Below are positions 1 through 10,230 of a stretch of 64,000 nt of DNA, piece by piece. Origin of the DNA: an uncultured bacterium (GTDB lineage Bacteria > Babelota > Babeliae > Babelales > JABCYS01); NCBI GenBank assembly GCA_963705705.1, contig CAVPKK010000004.1:96668-160667 (forward strand). The letters run 5' to 3'. Position numbers and translations under genes: made by a program. The notes beneath the pieces were generated by a model. That model was not told the origin of the DNA. It ran no database searches and worked only from the letters and a program-made list of their open reading frames with translations. Within the stretch, counting starts at the first letter, position 1; each line of letters starts with the position of its first letter.

Positions 1-1
1 T

Positions 2-442
2 GAACGCCGTCCAGTCAATCTTTCATTCAATCTTGGATTCCAAAAAACAGTAACTCCTGCTCCGCGTGGCGAATGGTGCATATATGAAGAAAATGGGAAT
101 GAAAGCTGCCGACCGTGCCCTCGTCGTGGAGCGCAAAATATGCGACGTTGTAATCCGCCAGCACGTGGTGGTTGGACAAGTAATCATGATCGCGTCGCTA
201 GATTGATGAATCAGTTTGCAAATCAGGTTCTTGATCGAAACAATCACGCAGCATCAAATATATTAGAACGAGCAAAGCATGCCGTTCGAGATATGCGTAA
301 TTCAGGTGAAAACTTGCAAGCAACCAACCGAAACGGAGCTACCTTGTATTCAATCGTACAAGAAGTGCTCGTTTCAATAGCAGGCAGACTTCCAGCTAAC
401 CTGCAAAATAGCTTGAATGAATTGAATAGCTTGTTGCGATAA
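2..442 (+). CDS. Hypothetical protein, 5'-partial (runs off window edge)
   Basis: The frame of the 140..442 ORF is open back to base 2 (ERRPVNLSF...PAPRGEWC...). Stop at 440-442 is followed by a hairpin (gcccgg...ccgggc) and T-run at about 468-494. Confidence 0.65.
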   Translation, partial: ERRPVNLSFNLGFQKTVTPAPRGEWCIYEENGNESCRPCPRRGAQNMRRCNPPARGGWTSNHDRVARLMNQFANQVLDRNNHAASNILERAKHAVRDMRNSGENLQATNRNGATLYSIVQEVLVSIAGRLPANLQNSLNELNSLLR

Positions 443-530
443 GACCTGCTACATTTTAATATCCAAGGGCCCGGTAGTAATTCTCCGGGCTTTTGAATAT
501 CAATAAACAAAGCCAGTAAGGTAGAGCTTT

Positions 531-1085
531 ATGCCATGCAATTTAAAAAATAAAAAAGTTCTTTTAGTTGTAGCATCAACTGATTACCAGCCCGTTGAAT
601 ATAGCGTTCCTAAAAAAATGCTTGAAGATGAGGGCATAGTTGTTATTACCGCCAGCGATAAACCGGGCGCTGCAATAGCAAATGATGGTAGCTCGACCAA
701 CATAGATATTACGCTTGATAAAATAAATATAACGAATTACGCCGGTATCTTTTTCATTGGCGGCCCCGGTGCTGAAACACATCTAGACAACGGCATTAGC
801 TATCATTTACTATCAGAAGCAAGAAAACATCTCATACCGTATGGTGCAATTTGCTGGTCCGTACGAATTTTGGCAAAAGCTTGGGCTTTACAAGGCAAAA
901 AGGCAACGGGATGGGATGGAGATAATGCATTGCGTAGCATACTCGAAGGGCATGATGCCATGTATGAGGAAGGCAAAATGGTCGTCACTGATGGCGAAGT
1001 AGCAACAGCGGTTGGCCCGCAGGCCGCAAAAGAATTTGGACAAGCTATCATTCGGATACTGTGCAAAGAAGTCTTGTCAGATTAA
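531..1085 (+). CDS. DJ-1/PfpI family protein
   Basis: N-terminal DYQPVEY (conserved Glu), FIGGPGA, nucleophile elbow GAICWS, VVTDG..ATAVGP. Confidence 0.9.
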   Translation: MPCNLKNKKVLLVVASTDYQPVEYSVPKKMLEDEGIVVITASDKPGAAIANDGSSTNIDITLDKINITNYAGIFFIGGPGAETHLDNGISYHLLSEARKHLIPYGAICWSVRILAKAWALQGKKATGWDGDNALRSILEGHDAMYEEGKMVVTDGEVATAVGPQAAKEFGQAIIRILCKEVLSD

Positions 1086-1091
1086 CGCAGT

Positions 1092-1556
1092 TCAATACGA
1101 TTTAACGTTCTCTAAGTCCAACAACCATTGTTTTGTTGTCAGCCCTTCACCTGCAGAATAGCCTTTCAAGGAACCATCAGAACTTATGATCCGATGGCAA
1201 GGGATCACAAGCGGCATTGGATTAGTTGCATTTGCTCTACCAATAGCACGCGCGGCTTGTGGTTTGCCAATAGCTTTGGCGATATCTTTATAGGCAGCAG
1301 TTTTGCCGTAGGGAACTTTGTATACCTTCGTTAATACTTTTTGCTGAAATGAGCTGAGTACCTGCCAATCAATTGGCAGATCAAATAAGATTCTTTTTTG
1401 GGCAAGGAATTCGCCAATTTGTTTGAGATATGGCTCAGTTATTTTTTGATCAAGCTTGCCATCAATTTTTTTGCCTATGCTCACTCGAACAAGGCCTTTT
1501 TCACTTACACCAATCCAGATTGGGCCCAATTCCGTGTTAATAGTTCCAACATACAT
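1092..1556 (-). CDS. ogt: Methylated-DNA-[protein]-cysteine S-methyltransferase
   Basis: VPYGKT..Y..IAKAIGKPQAARAIGRANATNP and active-site IPCHRII; K..LLDLE C-terminus. Confidence 0.95.
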   Translation of the reverse strand: MYVGTINTELGPIWIGVSEKGLVRVSIGKKIDGKLDQKITEPYLKQIGEFLAQKRILFDLPIDWQVLSSFQQKVLTKVYKVPYGKTAAYKDIAKAIGKPQAARAIGRANATNPMPLVIPCHRIISSDGSLKGYSAGEGLTTKQWLLDLENVKSY

Positions 1557-1663
1557 AAATTACACTCGCGATTGACTAAGATTACCGAATTGTATTATTG
1601 AGCTCTCTATTAAAGAGCATCACTATAATGATAGTAGTTGCCAAAATAAAAGCAGCATCAGAA

Positions 1664-1699
1664 CAAAAAAATAGGAGGAAACATTTAGTCTCCCCCTAT
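1664..1699 (-). terminator. Intrinsic terminator after beta-helix gene 1
   Basis: Minus strand ATAGGGGGAGAC-TAAAT-GTTTCCTCCTAT (with G-U pairs) followed by a T-run. Confidence 0.75.
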
Positions 1700-1716
1700 G
1701 CGGTTAATATATTATT

Positions 1717-3426
1717 TTATGGATGTATAACGCTCACATTATCAAGCTGCGGATTTAAAATACCATTACTATCAGTCGCGCTTGGCGCTGATCCAATGGT
1801 CCACGTTAATATTGGCGTACCTGCTGGTAGCCCTGAATAATTGGCTGCAAAAGACGCAGGGGTTCCATTCTCGTATGCTAAGTTCTGGATATATACATTT
1901 GTGAGATTAAAGCTGAAATCTGCCACACCGCCGGCTGTATTAAATGATACTTCGTTAGCCTCAATGATTGTATTCCTAGCGCCAGATCCGAATGGTTGTG
2001 CGCCAATGAACATACCATAATTGTTATTTACCGACTTACATCGTCGGATGTTATTATTAGAGGCTATAAGCCCAAAGAAATTTTCAACAAGAAAGCCAGT
2101 GCCCTGCGCGTTGGTCGCTTGAAAACCCACGGCTATACAATCTTCAATTGTAGAATTCGTAGTTCCTGCAAGAAAGAAACCTCCCACATCAAATGGACCA
2201 TAACTAGCTGTTTTGCCAAAAGTAGCGGTGCAATTTTGAATAAGCACATTGTTTGAACCAATTATGAAAAAACAATCTGGCTGACCATTAACATGGCAAT
2301 CTTTCATAATGATATTACTACATGGCGCTAAACCCAGAACGGTCCCAACAACTTCAAATCCATTATGGGATGATACACCGGGTGCACCAGGATCCACTAC
2401 AAGATTATTTTGGGCTTGACAGTCTTCAAAAACAAAATTGTTACAACCACCAACTAAAACAAATCCATCGCAGCGTCTCGTGCCACCGTTACTATAAGCA
2501 GAACAACCGATACACTGAGCTTGGTCACAGGACACAAAATCAAATCCAAATGCATCGCCTGTTACCGACCCGTTGAACGATGGCGTGAAAGCATGATTAT
2601 CATGGGATTTGCAATCCTCACAAACAATATTTGAACATGCATCAATAAATACGCCACAACAGGTATTAACTCCAGTAGTCACTGGTCCAAAATACTCAAT
2701 TTGATCAGTGATAGTTTGGTATAAAACAACGTCATTACAATTTACCATTTGTATCCCGTATGTAGATAAATTAGATATGCTTGGGATATCGAGGAAAATG
2801 GTACGCACTTCAACATTGCTAACCACAATGTTAGATGACGTCGTTAAGTTTGAGAGCCCATTAATAAAAAGGCCATTGGCTGAAGTTTCTGTTACACCAT
2901 CAATGCGTGATCCTCCTGCCGATTGTGGGATGCCAATCAATAGCATGTCACTTACATTCAGCGAGTTAAGATTATATTTACCCTTAATTTGTGAAGCTGA
3001 GAAGCCTTGTACTGTTCCGCCAGAAATCGAAATGTTTTGGCAGCTTTCCGAAACAAGAATTCCGTAGTTATTTAATGTCGTAGAAGCTGGATCTTGAGCT
3101 AATACATGTCCATTGAAGTAAATATTTACATTCTGCACATTCGGCGCAATTGTTATTGCGGCAATGCCATTACCTGCCGGACTAAAAGTTAAATCACCAT
3201 CAATGCAGTAATTACCTGGTGCATCAATTACATATCCCGAAGTCCCGATATCCTCTTGATCGATGGAAATGGAGGAACCACAGGCAAGTAATTTATCAAG
3301 GTCACTTTCGATCTCGCACAATATCTGCTTGGTGCATGCACGCTGACAATCCCGTGCCATCACATACGGCGATGTGAGCAAAATCCCTGCCCACAGCATA
3401 ATCAGTTTTAACGTTGGGTTTGACAT
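1717..3426 (-). CDS. Secreted right-handed parallel beta-helix (pectin lyase-like) protein, paralog 1
   Basis: Start reassigned to MSNPTLKL (AAGGAG SD, matches the paralog's start). Signal peptide, repeated N/S/C ladder units (IEDC.A, NC.A..N, G.GF), GYVIDAPGNYC cap motif. Confidence 0.8.
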   Translation of the reverse strand: MSNPTLKLIMLWAGILLTSPYVMARDCQRACTKQILCEIESDLDKLLACGSSISIDQEDIGTSGYVIDAPGNYCIDGDLTFSPAGNGIAAITIAPNVQNVNIYFNGHVLAQDPASTTLNNYGILVSESCQNISISGGTVQGFSASQIKGKYNLNSLNVSDMLLIGIPQSAGGSRIDGVTETSANGLFINGLSNLTTSSNIVVSNVEVRTIFLDIPSISNLSTYGIQMVNCNDVVLYQTITDQIEYFGPVTTGVNTCCGVFIDACSNIVCEDCKSHDNHAFTPSFNGSVTGDAFGFDFVSCDQAQCIGCSAYSNGGTRRCDGFVLVGGCNNFVFEDCQAQNNLVVDPGAPGVSSHNGFEVVGTVLGLAPCSNIIMKDCHVNGQPDCFFIIGSNNVLIQNCTATFGKTASYGPFDVGGFFLAGTTNSTIEDCIAVGFQATNAQGTGFLVENFFGLIASNNNIRRCKSVNNNYGMFIGAQPFGSGARNTIIEANEVSFNTAGGVADFSFNLTNVYIQNLAYENGTPASFAANYSGLPAGTPILTWTIGSAPSATDSNGILNPQLDNVSVIHP

Positions 3427-3835
3427 GAAAATACTCCTTTTTGGAGGGTTAATGATAGATGGCTGCTGACACATTGCCAGCTCGCTCATTTCAGAAAATA
3501 AACGATTGATAGCACAGCAAAAAACGCCACTCAGAATGAGCAGCGCGAACTGATATTGGTAAAAAGACGTCAAAACAAATGCAGGATAAAGTTGTAGGTA
3601 GTATGAACCTACAAGCGAGAGATTGTGTGTGTGTGTGTGTGTGTGTGTGATATCACATCACAGGCATTATGCAAGTTAATAATAGAAAAGGCATCTAATG
3701 GCATTACTTCTCTCACTTGTATGAAATCGGCTTCCATTTTTATTATTAATAGCACGGCCGAATCTGAATGGCAAGCTTTAATGCTATTAGCGAAAGGTAG
3801 TGAATTGAGAAGAAAAAACCATGCAGAAATTTTGG
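3300..3835. repeat. Direct repeat copy 1: ~400-bp upstream leader plus start of beta-helix gene
   Basis: Nearly identical to about 5465-5990. Confidence 0.9.
3624..3649. repeat. (TG)13 dinucleotide microsatellite
   Basis: Counted directly; about 200 bp upstream of the start at 3426. Confidence 0.95.
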
Positions 3836-3878
3836 TCAAGCAATTATTCGTGTATTGTGCAAAGAAGAGTTGGAAGAC

Positions 3879-3905
3879 TAGGAGGAGATATTTAGTCTCC
3901 TCCTA
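3879..3905 (-). terminator. Hairpin/terminator after beta-helix gene 2
   Basis: TAGGAGGAGA-7nt-TCTCCTCCTA perfect stem, homologous to the hairpin at 1671-1699. Confidence 0.65.
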
Positions 3906-3921
3906 ATCGATAAATATTATT

Positions 3922-5592
3922 TTAGAATGTAAATATAATACTCATATTATCTAGCTGTGGATCTAAAATACCATTATTATCTTTTGCAGTCGGCGCTGAT
4001 CCAATTGACCACGTTCTTATTGGCGTACCTGCTGGTAGCCCTGAATAATTGGCTGCAAAAGAATCCGGTCCATTCCCATACGCTATATTCTGGAAATATG
4101 CTTGCGTTTTATTAAGGCCATCGGAATTGTCAAAAAAACCGTTGGCCGTGTTAAATGCCGCTTCGTTAGCCTGGACGACAGTAAACCCAACCAAGGAAAG
4201 TTTTATGCCAATATTGTTATTCATCGCCTTACATCGTCGGATGTTATTGTTAAAGCTAGGGGTACCGTTGAACGCGTCAAGAAGAAAGCCACAGTCTCCA
4301 TTGTGAGCTTCGAAACCTACGGCTATACAATCTTCAATTGTACAACCATTACCTTGAAACAACGCAAAACCAAACTGCTGAGAAGTAAAAGTAAATATAT
4401 CTTCTGCAGTAGCTGTGCAGTTTTGAATAAGCACATTTTTTGCACCAACTACAGCAAAACAATTTGGCTGACCATTAACATGGCAGTCTTTAATAACAAC
4501 ATTTTCAGTAGTCGGCCAGCCGCCAACCGTAACAACTTCAAATCCATAATGAGATGCTACACCGGCGGCAGTAGGATCCACTACAACATTACCTTGGGCT
4601 TGACAGCCTTCCAAAACACAAGAAGAAGTACCTCTCTCTACAACAAAACCATCACAGCGTCTCGTGCCACCATTATTATAGGCTGAACACCCAATACATT
4701 GAACGTTTTCGCTAGCATATTGAAAACTAAATCCAAAGGCATCTCCTGTTACTAAACCGTTGAACGGAGTCGTGAAAGCATGGTTATCATGGGATTGGCA
4801 ATCCTCAACAACAATATTTGTACAGCCGAAAAATATTGTGCCAGCACAGTTTGAGTCAGTAGTATTAGTCACCAGTCCAAAATTTTCGATGTTATTGGTG
4901 CTGGTTTGGTGTAAAAATATATCACGACAATTTTCCATTTGTATCCCAAACGCAAATAAACCAGGTATGTTTTGGATATTGAGGAAAATAGTATTTATTT
5001 CAACATTGCTGAGCACAACGTTAACGGAAGACTGAAGATTTATGCCAATCGCGGATTCGTGTGCCGCATCAATACGAGCTCCACCTCCCGATTGTGGGAT
5101 GCCTTGCAAAAGCATGTCGCTTAAATTAAATGTATTGATAGTTTGGGCCAAAATTTGTGTGCCCGAGAAACCTTGTATTGTTCCGCCAGAAATCGAAATA
5201 TTTTGACTGGGACCGTCAATGGTAATTCCAAAGTTATTTAATGTGGTGGAGGCTGGGTCTTGAGCTAGTACGTGACCATTGAAATAAATATTTACATTAT
5301 TCACATTCGGGGCAATTGTTATCGCTACAACGCCATTGCCTGCAGGATCGAATGTTATATCTTCAGCTATGCAGTAATTCCCTGGCTCGGTAATAGTAAA
5401 GCCCGTAGTTCCTAAATCTGCTTGGGTGATAGGCGTGGAAGCGCCACAAGCAAGTAACTTATCAAGATCATTTTCGATCTCGCACAATATCTGCTTGGTG
5501 CATGCACGCTGGCAATCCTGTGCCATCATATACGGCGATGTGAGCAAAATCCCTGCCCACAGCATAACGAGTTTTAACGTTGGGTTTGACAT
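3922..5592 (-). CDS. Secreted right-handed parallel beta-helix protein, paralog 2
   Basis: Signal peptide. Colinear paralog of 1717..3426 (CQRACTKQILCEIE, TRRCDGF, KDCHVNGQP, SFAANYSGLPAGTPI). Confidence 0.8.
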   Translation of the reverse strand: MSNPTLKLVMLWAGILLTSPYMMAQDCQRACTKQILCEIENDLDKLLACGASTPITQADLGTTGFTITEPGNYCIAEDITFDPAGNGVVAITIAPNVNNVNIYFNGHVLAQDPASTTLNNFGITIDGPSQNISISGGTIQGFSGTQILAQTINTFNLSDMLLQGIPQSGGGARIDAAHESAIGINLQSSVNVVLSNVEINTIFLNIQNIPGLFAFGIQMENCRDIFLHQTSTNNIENFGLVTNTTDSNCAGTIFFGCTNIVVEDCQSHDNHAFTTPFNGLVTGDAFGFSFQYASENVQCIGCSAYNNGGTRRCDGFVVERGTSSCVLEGCQAQGNVVVDPTAAGVASHYGFEVVTVGGWPTTENVVIKDCHVNGQPNCFAVVGAKNVLIQNCTATAEDIFTFTSQQFGFALFQGNGCTIEDCIAVGFEAHNGDCGFLLDAFNGTPSFNNNIRRCKAMNNNIGIKLSLVGFTVVQANEAAFNTANGFFDNSDGLNKTQAYFQNIAYGNGPDSFAANYSGLPAGTPIRTWSIGSAPTAKDNNGILDPQLDNMSIIFTF

Positions 5593-5990
5593 GAAATACT
5601 CCTTTTTGGAGGGTTAATGATAGATGGCTGCTGACACATTGCCAGCTCGCTCATTTCAGTAAACAAACGATTGATAGCACAACAAAAAACGCCACTCAGA
5701 ATGAGCAGCGCGAACTGGGAAAATGAGGTCAAAATAAATGCAGGATAAGATTGTAGGGATGAACCTACAAGCGAGAGATTGTGTGTGTGTGTGTGTGTGT
5801 GTGATATCACATCACAGGCATTATGCAAGTTAATAATAGAAAAGGCATTTAATAGCATTACTTCTCTCACTTGGATGAAATCGGTTTCCATTTTTATTAT
5901 TAATAGCATGGCCGAATCTGAATGACAAGTTTTAATGCTATTAGCCCGAAAGGTAGTGAATCGAGAGGAAAAAAACCATGCAGAAATTTT
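5465..5990. repeat. Direct repeat copy 2: upstream leader plus start of beta-helix gene
   Basis: Nearly identical to about 3300-3835. Confidence 0.9.
5780..5803. repeat. (TG)12 dinucleotide microsatellite
   Basis: Counted directly; same flanks as the tract at 3624. Confidence 0.95.
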
Positions 5991-6033
5991 AGCCAGCCCT
6001 ATGGCACGAGATGCCTTGGGTTGGTTGATTGCC

Positions 6034-6834
6034 CTAGATGCGAGACTGAATAAGACTGCCAGATTCGTATTTACTCAATCCTTTATTGAATAAAGTAATG
6101 CCGAGCAATCCGGTGAAAACCCAGAATAGTATAAGAATACCAAATTTTGGTGCCGACCATTCGTTAACTAATTGGGTGGGTAATGCGGCGGTGAAATAAA
6201 CGGGAAAAACCCAGATCATTAAAAAACGCAGCAGGCCGTGATAAATATTGGTTGGATAAAATTGCAGACTATATAACGCACTTTGCATTTTATCTGCTGC
6301 AGTTTCAAAATTACCTACGAAGAAACCAAGTGATTGCACAATAAGGATAAAGTTAAACATTATCAATCCTGAAACTAACGCCATGGATAGAAACATAGCA
6401 AATCGTGCGGGTGTAAAATCACCGAACAGGTAAAAGTTCAAAATACAAACGATTGCTGAGCCAAAGGCATAGTTATACGTTTTGGTAACAGCAATTTGCC
6501 AAATGAGGTTGTGCGGCATTAATAAATAAACATCCAGCTGACCATTGGCGATCATTTTTGCCAATCCATGGATACCGCCAGCGAGTAAGCCAACCATAGC
6601 ATCGCCCAGCCAGGCAATACCAATAAGAGTCGCTGAATCACGAATGGTCCACCCTTCAACCGAAGGTACTTTAGTAAAGAATAACACCCAGAGGTAAAGA
6701 AATGAGGCATGAATGCCAATGGAGAAAATCACCTCAAGCATAAAGCTCAGACGATATTCCATCTGTGCCATGAGATTTACTTTTTTGATCTCGAGGGTCA
6801 GATGTATGTATTTAGCCACCGCTGATAGAGACAC
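6034..6834 (-). CDS. ABC-2 type exporter permease
   Basis: About six hydrophobic segments, EYRLSF, I.NGQLDVYLLMP motif; operonic with the ATPase. Confidence 0.85.
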   Translation of the reverse strand: MSLSAVAKYIHLTLEIKKVNLMAQMEYRLSFMLEVIFSIGIHASFLYLWVLFFTKVPSVEGWTIRDSATLIGIAWLGDAMVGLLAGGIHGLAKMIANGQLDVYLLMPHNLIWQIAVTKTYNYAFGSAIVCILNFYLFGDFTPARFAMFLSMALVSGLIMFNFILIVQSLGFFVGNFETAADKMQSALYSLQFYPTNIYHGLLRFLMIWVFPVYFTAALPTQLVNEWSAPKFGILILFWVFTGLLGITLFNKGLSKYESGSLIQSRI

Positions 6835-7627
6835 GTTTAAGTCCTTTCTTCATGAGGTAACCGGCAAGTGCGCAAAAAACTATAAGCCAAAATAGTTGAA
6901 TGCTAAAAAACTTAATAAAAAAATTATAATCAAACTTTACCATAAGGCGTGCCGCTGAATAATAAAGTTGTCCGAATGGTAGTAATTCAGCAACCCTTTT
7001 TATCCTTTCCGGAAATAGGGCGAGTGGCAAGATGGCACCACCAAAAATGATCGTCGTTGAGCGGTAAAGCCAATCAATAGAGCTGATATCTTCGATCCAA
7101 AATGCCAGTAAGCCGATGACTAATGAGATAGCAAAGTAGAGAAGGTAACCTAAAAACATCATGCCAAGGCCAATGCATGCGCCGAAAAAGGAGGTATGTA
7201 GTGGACCGACAAGAATGTATGGGCAAATTGTACATACCAACAAATTAATGAACATGTTGCCGAAGCTTCGCCCCATGAAGGTAGCAAACTGGTAAAGAAT
7301 GTATGAATATGGTTTGTTCAAAGAATAAGCAAGAGATCCGGTTTTAACTTCCTCTTCGATGATGCGCGGAACACTTGGTTCCGTGGCAGAGCTTTCAAAA
7401 CCTTGGATGATACTCATCACCCAGATAAGTTGAACAAAGGTAAGACCATCGAATTCAGTAACGCCAGTACTTGCATACGTGGCGCCATAAAATTGGCTCA
7501 TTACCCAAATGCGCAAAATGATAATGGGTGCTTCGGCGAGCATATCTGTGCGGTAAGCAAGACGGGCTCGCAAAGCGGTGCTGATAACTGCCGCATATTT
7601 ATCAAGCTTGATAGTCATTGTGCCCAT
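6812..7627 (-). CDS. ABC-2 type exporter permease
   Basis: AYRTD, IEEEVKTGSLAYSLNKP, GAILPLALFP...LLPF, ends ISGG. Confidence 0.85.
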   Translation of the reverse strand: MGTMTIKLDKYAAVISTALRARLAYRTDMLAEAPIIILRIWVMSQFYGATYASTGVTEFDGLTFVQLIWVMSIIQGFESSATEPSVPRIIEEEVKTGSLAYSLNKPYSYILYQFATFMGRSFGNMFINLLVCTICPYILVGPLHTSFFGACIGLGMMFLGYLLYFAISLVIGLLAFWIEDISSIDWLYRSTTIIFGGAILPLALFPERIKRVAELLPFGQLYYSAARLMVKFDYNFFIKFFSIQLFWLIVFCALAGYLMKKGLKRVSISGG

Positions 7628-8622
7628 TCGCCGGCTTCAGGAATGGCGCCTCGGTAAATCGAACCGATAATTTCTTCCATTGGCGGTTCGTTTATGGTGA
7701 TATCGATAATGGTGAAATTTTCCAGCGCATAATTGAGCAATTTTTCAATTGATGCTTTGCTCGTATCCACTTCAATCTTTAGTGAATGTTTATCTCGTTC
7801 AACAATCTTTCCCTTTTCGAATCTAAACGCGTCAGTATTTTCCTCAATTACTAGTTCAACAATTTTGGTCATGATGTAATTCTTACGCAGATCTGCAGTG
7901 GTACCATCAAAAATAATTTGGCCATAATTGATCACGATAGATCGGTTCGTAAGTGTTTCGATATCGCCAGCATCATGCGAAGTAAGAAAAATTGTTACCT
8001 GTTCTTTTTCGTTGAGGTATCTGATGACATCACGAACCTGTTGCTTGGCAATCACATCGAGCCCAATTGTTGGTTCATCCAAAAATAATATTTTAGGATT
8101 ATGCAGTAGCGAGGCGATAACTTCGCATCGCATGCGCTGACCGAGCGACAATTTGCGCACCGGGGTATTCAGAAATTTTGCAACTTCAAATGAATCAATT
8201 AAAAAGTGAAGTCGTTCTTTATATTTATTTTGATCAAGCTCGTAAATACGCGAAAGTAAGTTGAACGTATCAATGGCCGGCAAATGGAACCATAGTTGCG
8301 ATTTTTGACCGAAGACTGATCCAATTTGATAGGCAAGCTGATGACGGTCGCTCGCTGGCTCAAGACCAAGGCATCTGATAGTACCCGATGTTGGATGCAA
8401 AATGCCGGTGAGCATTTTAATGGTAGTTGATTTGCCGGCGCCATTTGGGCCAATGAACGCTACCATTTCTCCTTGTTCAACTGAAAAAGAAATATCGTCG
8501 ACTGCTAATACCGAATGATACGTTGGCGAAAACAAAGAGCGAATCCCACCCATCAATCCGGGCTCTTTGATTTTGAAGGAGAATCTTTTTACGAGATGAT
8601 CGACTTGAATAATGGTGGTCAT
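7615..8622 (-). CDS. ABC transporter ATP-binding protein
   Basis: Walker A GPNGAGKST, signature LSLGQ, Walker B ILFLDEPT, H-loop TSH. Start reassigned to MTTIIQ. Confidence 0.95.
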   Translation of the reverse strand: MTTIIQVDHLVKRFSFKIKEPGLMGGIRSLFSPTYHSVLAVDDISFSVEQGEMVAFIGPNGAGKSTTIKMLTGILHPTSGTIRCLGLEPASDRHQLAYQIGSVFGQKSQLWFHLPAIDTFNLLSRIYELDQNKYKERLHFLIDSFEVAKFLNTPVRKLSLGQRMRCEVIASLLHNPKILFLDEPTIGLDVIAKQQVRDVIRYLNEKEQVTIFLTSHDAGDIETLTNRSIVINYGQIIFDGTTADLRKNYIMTKIVELVIEENTDAFRFEKGKIVERDKHSLKIEVDTSKASIEKLLNYALENFTIIDITINEPPMEEIIGSIYRGAIPEAGEWAQ

Positions 8623-8769
8623 TTTGGCAGCTTTCGCACATCCACCAAACACGTTGGTAGAACCGATTTTTTTTTATTATACCAAAATGCAGCTTACCAA
8701 TTTCAAGGTATTTACGCGATTACAATAATTAGATGTGTTGCTTGCTGCAAAAGGCGAAATGGATTTGTG

Positions 8770-9579
8770 TTATCGGCTTCGATTATCATGCACGTAATAA
8801 GTCTGCGCAATATCAAACATTTTTTGTTGTTCTGAATCAGTAAAATATTGTCGCCAAAAATTGAAGGCGGTTTCAACTTGATGGTCGGACCATGTGCCAA
8901 TATTGAGTTGTTCGGCAAGAACGATGAGAGGCTTGCGGATAATGAATGTTGCCATTGTGCCGGCCGTGGTTGGGATTTGTGCAAGTTCTATCGAATCGCG
9001 CAATGCATAAAAAGTTAGCGGCAATGCATATGCGCGTGGCATAAGAAAATCTTGCGCAACAATCACGGATTTTCCTGGGATAAGAGCAGGTGCAAAAATT
9101 GTTAACGCATGCAAGACTTCTTTTAATCGCTTCGGGGCATCGAGATGCAACAGTTCAATTGGTTTATTCCAGGGCCAGGTGAGCTGGTCTATTTCGGATT
9201 TAACGAGCGCAATGTTTGGGTAAATGGGCTGGAGATGCTGGTATACCAATGGCAGTGTATCGCTATCGGGTTTGGATGAATATGCGATGTTCTGTTCCGC
9301 GGCCTTTTGCACATCTGTATGACGACAAACAAAACGGTCAATACAATAAAATGGTTGGCCGGAATTAGCATCACGTAAACCGGCCGCTATGTAACCTGCA
9401 GAGCTTCCATACCAAACTCCAATTTCTACGATGGCATCCAAGGAGTTACAATTATTAGCAAGCCAATAAAGATAGGCACGTTCTTCATCAGTTGTGAGAG
9501 AAAGTACCGGCGGTATTTCAGGAATTTGTAATGATTGATAATCGTATTGATGATCTTTAGTAAGAAGAGCATAATCCAT
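8770..9579 (-). CDS. Class I SAM-dependent methyltransferase (Methyltransf_24-like)
   Basis: IVEIGVWYGSSA motif I, YCIDRF, IELLHLDA, L.PG. Confidence 0.75.
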   Translation of the reverse strand: MDYALLTKDHQYDYQSLQIPEIPPVLSLTTDEERAYLYWLANNCNSLDAIVEIGVWYGSSAGYIAAGLRDANSGQPFYCIDRFVCRHTDVQKAAEQNIAYSSKPDSDTLPLVYQHLQPIYPNIALVKSEIDQLTWPWNKPIELLHLDAPKRLKEVLHALTIFAPALIPGKSVIVAQDFLMPRAYALPLTFYALRDSIELAQIPTTAGTMATFIIRKPLIVLAEQLNIGTWSDHQVETAFNFWRQYFTDSEQQKMFDIAQTYYVHDNRSR

Positions 9580-9583
9580 GTAA

Positions 9584-10090
9584 TTAACTATTTATTTCCT
9601 GCGCCGATTGACGAGCAGATGTTTGCAAAGCGAGTTGGTACTTTTCTTCATCATCGTCAGAATTAAAATGGATCCGCTTGATAAGCTGATATACCTCGCC
9701 AAGCGCAACCTCATCCAACATTTCCATTGGTGTCTGGTGTTCAAAGCCATCTTCGATACCAACTAATTGATCCCACATTTTTATATCGAGTTTGGTGAGG
9801 ATCTGGCTTGCCTTATCTTTATTTGCTCCACCGGCAATAAAATGTCTTAAAACAAAATTCAATGCATTAACTTGCCGTTGGCTTCTTGTACCTTCTTTTG
9901 GTGCCCAAAAGCAAAACTTTGCATTGCTATCAAATGCTAAACCTGCAGCATCAATGTCATCATTAACCATTGCTTGTTGTAATTGTTGGTTTGCCGTAAT
10001 TGTTCCGACATCTACGTGCATACCTTCGGCATCCGCGGGTATATTAAAATTGATGAGGGTAAGAAATAAAAAGACAAGTAATTTAATCAT
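9584..10090 (-). CDS. Hypothetical secreted protein
   Basis: Signal-peptide-like N-terminus, AAGGA SD, 4 bp from the next gene. Confidence 0.7.
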   Translation of the reverse strand: MIKLLVFLFLTLINFNIPADAEGMHVDVGTITANQQLQQAMVNDDIDAAGLAFDSNAKFCFWAPKEGTRSQRQVNALNFVLRHFIAGGANKDKASQILTKLDIKMWDQLVGIEDGFEHQTPMEMLDEVALGEVYQLIKRIHFNSDDDEEKYQLALQTSARQSAQEINS

Positions 10091-10230
10091 GATGTTTTAT
10101 CCTTATGAAGCCGTTAAAATCGTGCATAATTAATAGCAGAGTTCATATAAAAATCAAGCAAATCGCGCATTCAGAGCAGTTATTGACCATAAGGGCTTAT
10201 ATTCAAAACATATTATTCAATTTAAGAGAC

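Noticed and set aside
3427..3573. 49-aa N-terminal extension of beta-helix gene 1, and HTHTHT/CVCVCV ORFs over the TG tracts
   Set aside because: The homologous leader in copy 2 is out of frame by one base, and the SD sits before MSNP. The ORFs are by-products of the repeat.
3624..3649. TG tract as eukaryotic contamination
   Set aside because: It occurs twice in the same bacterial leader context, with SD-led genes and terminators on either side.
4102..4686. Long antisense or alternate-frame ORFs (for example 4102..4686, 42485..43000, 25162..25602)
   Set aside because: They shadow well-supported genes on the opposite strand and have no recognisable motifs.
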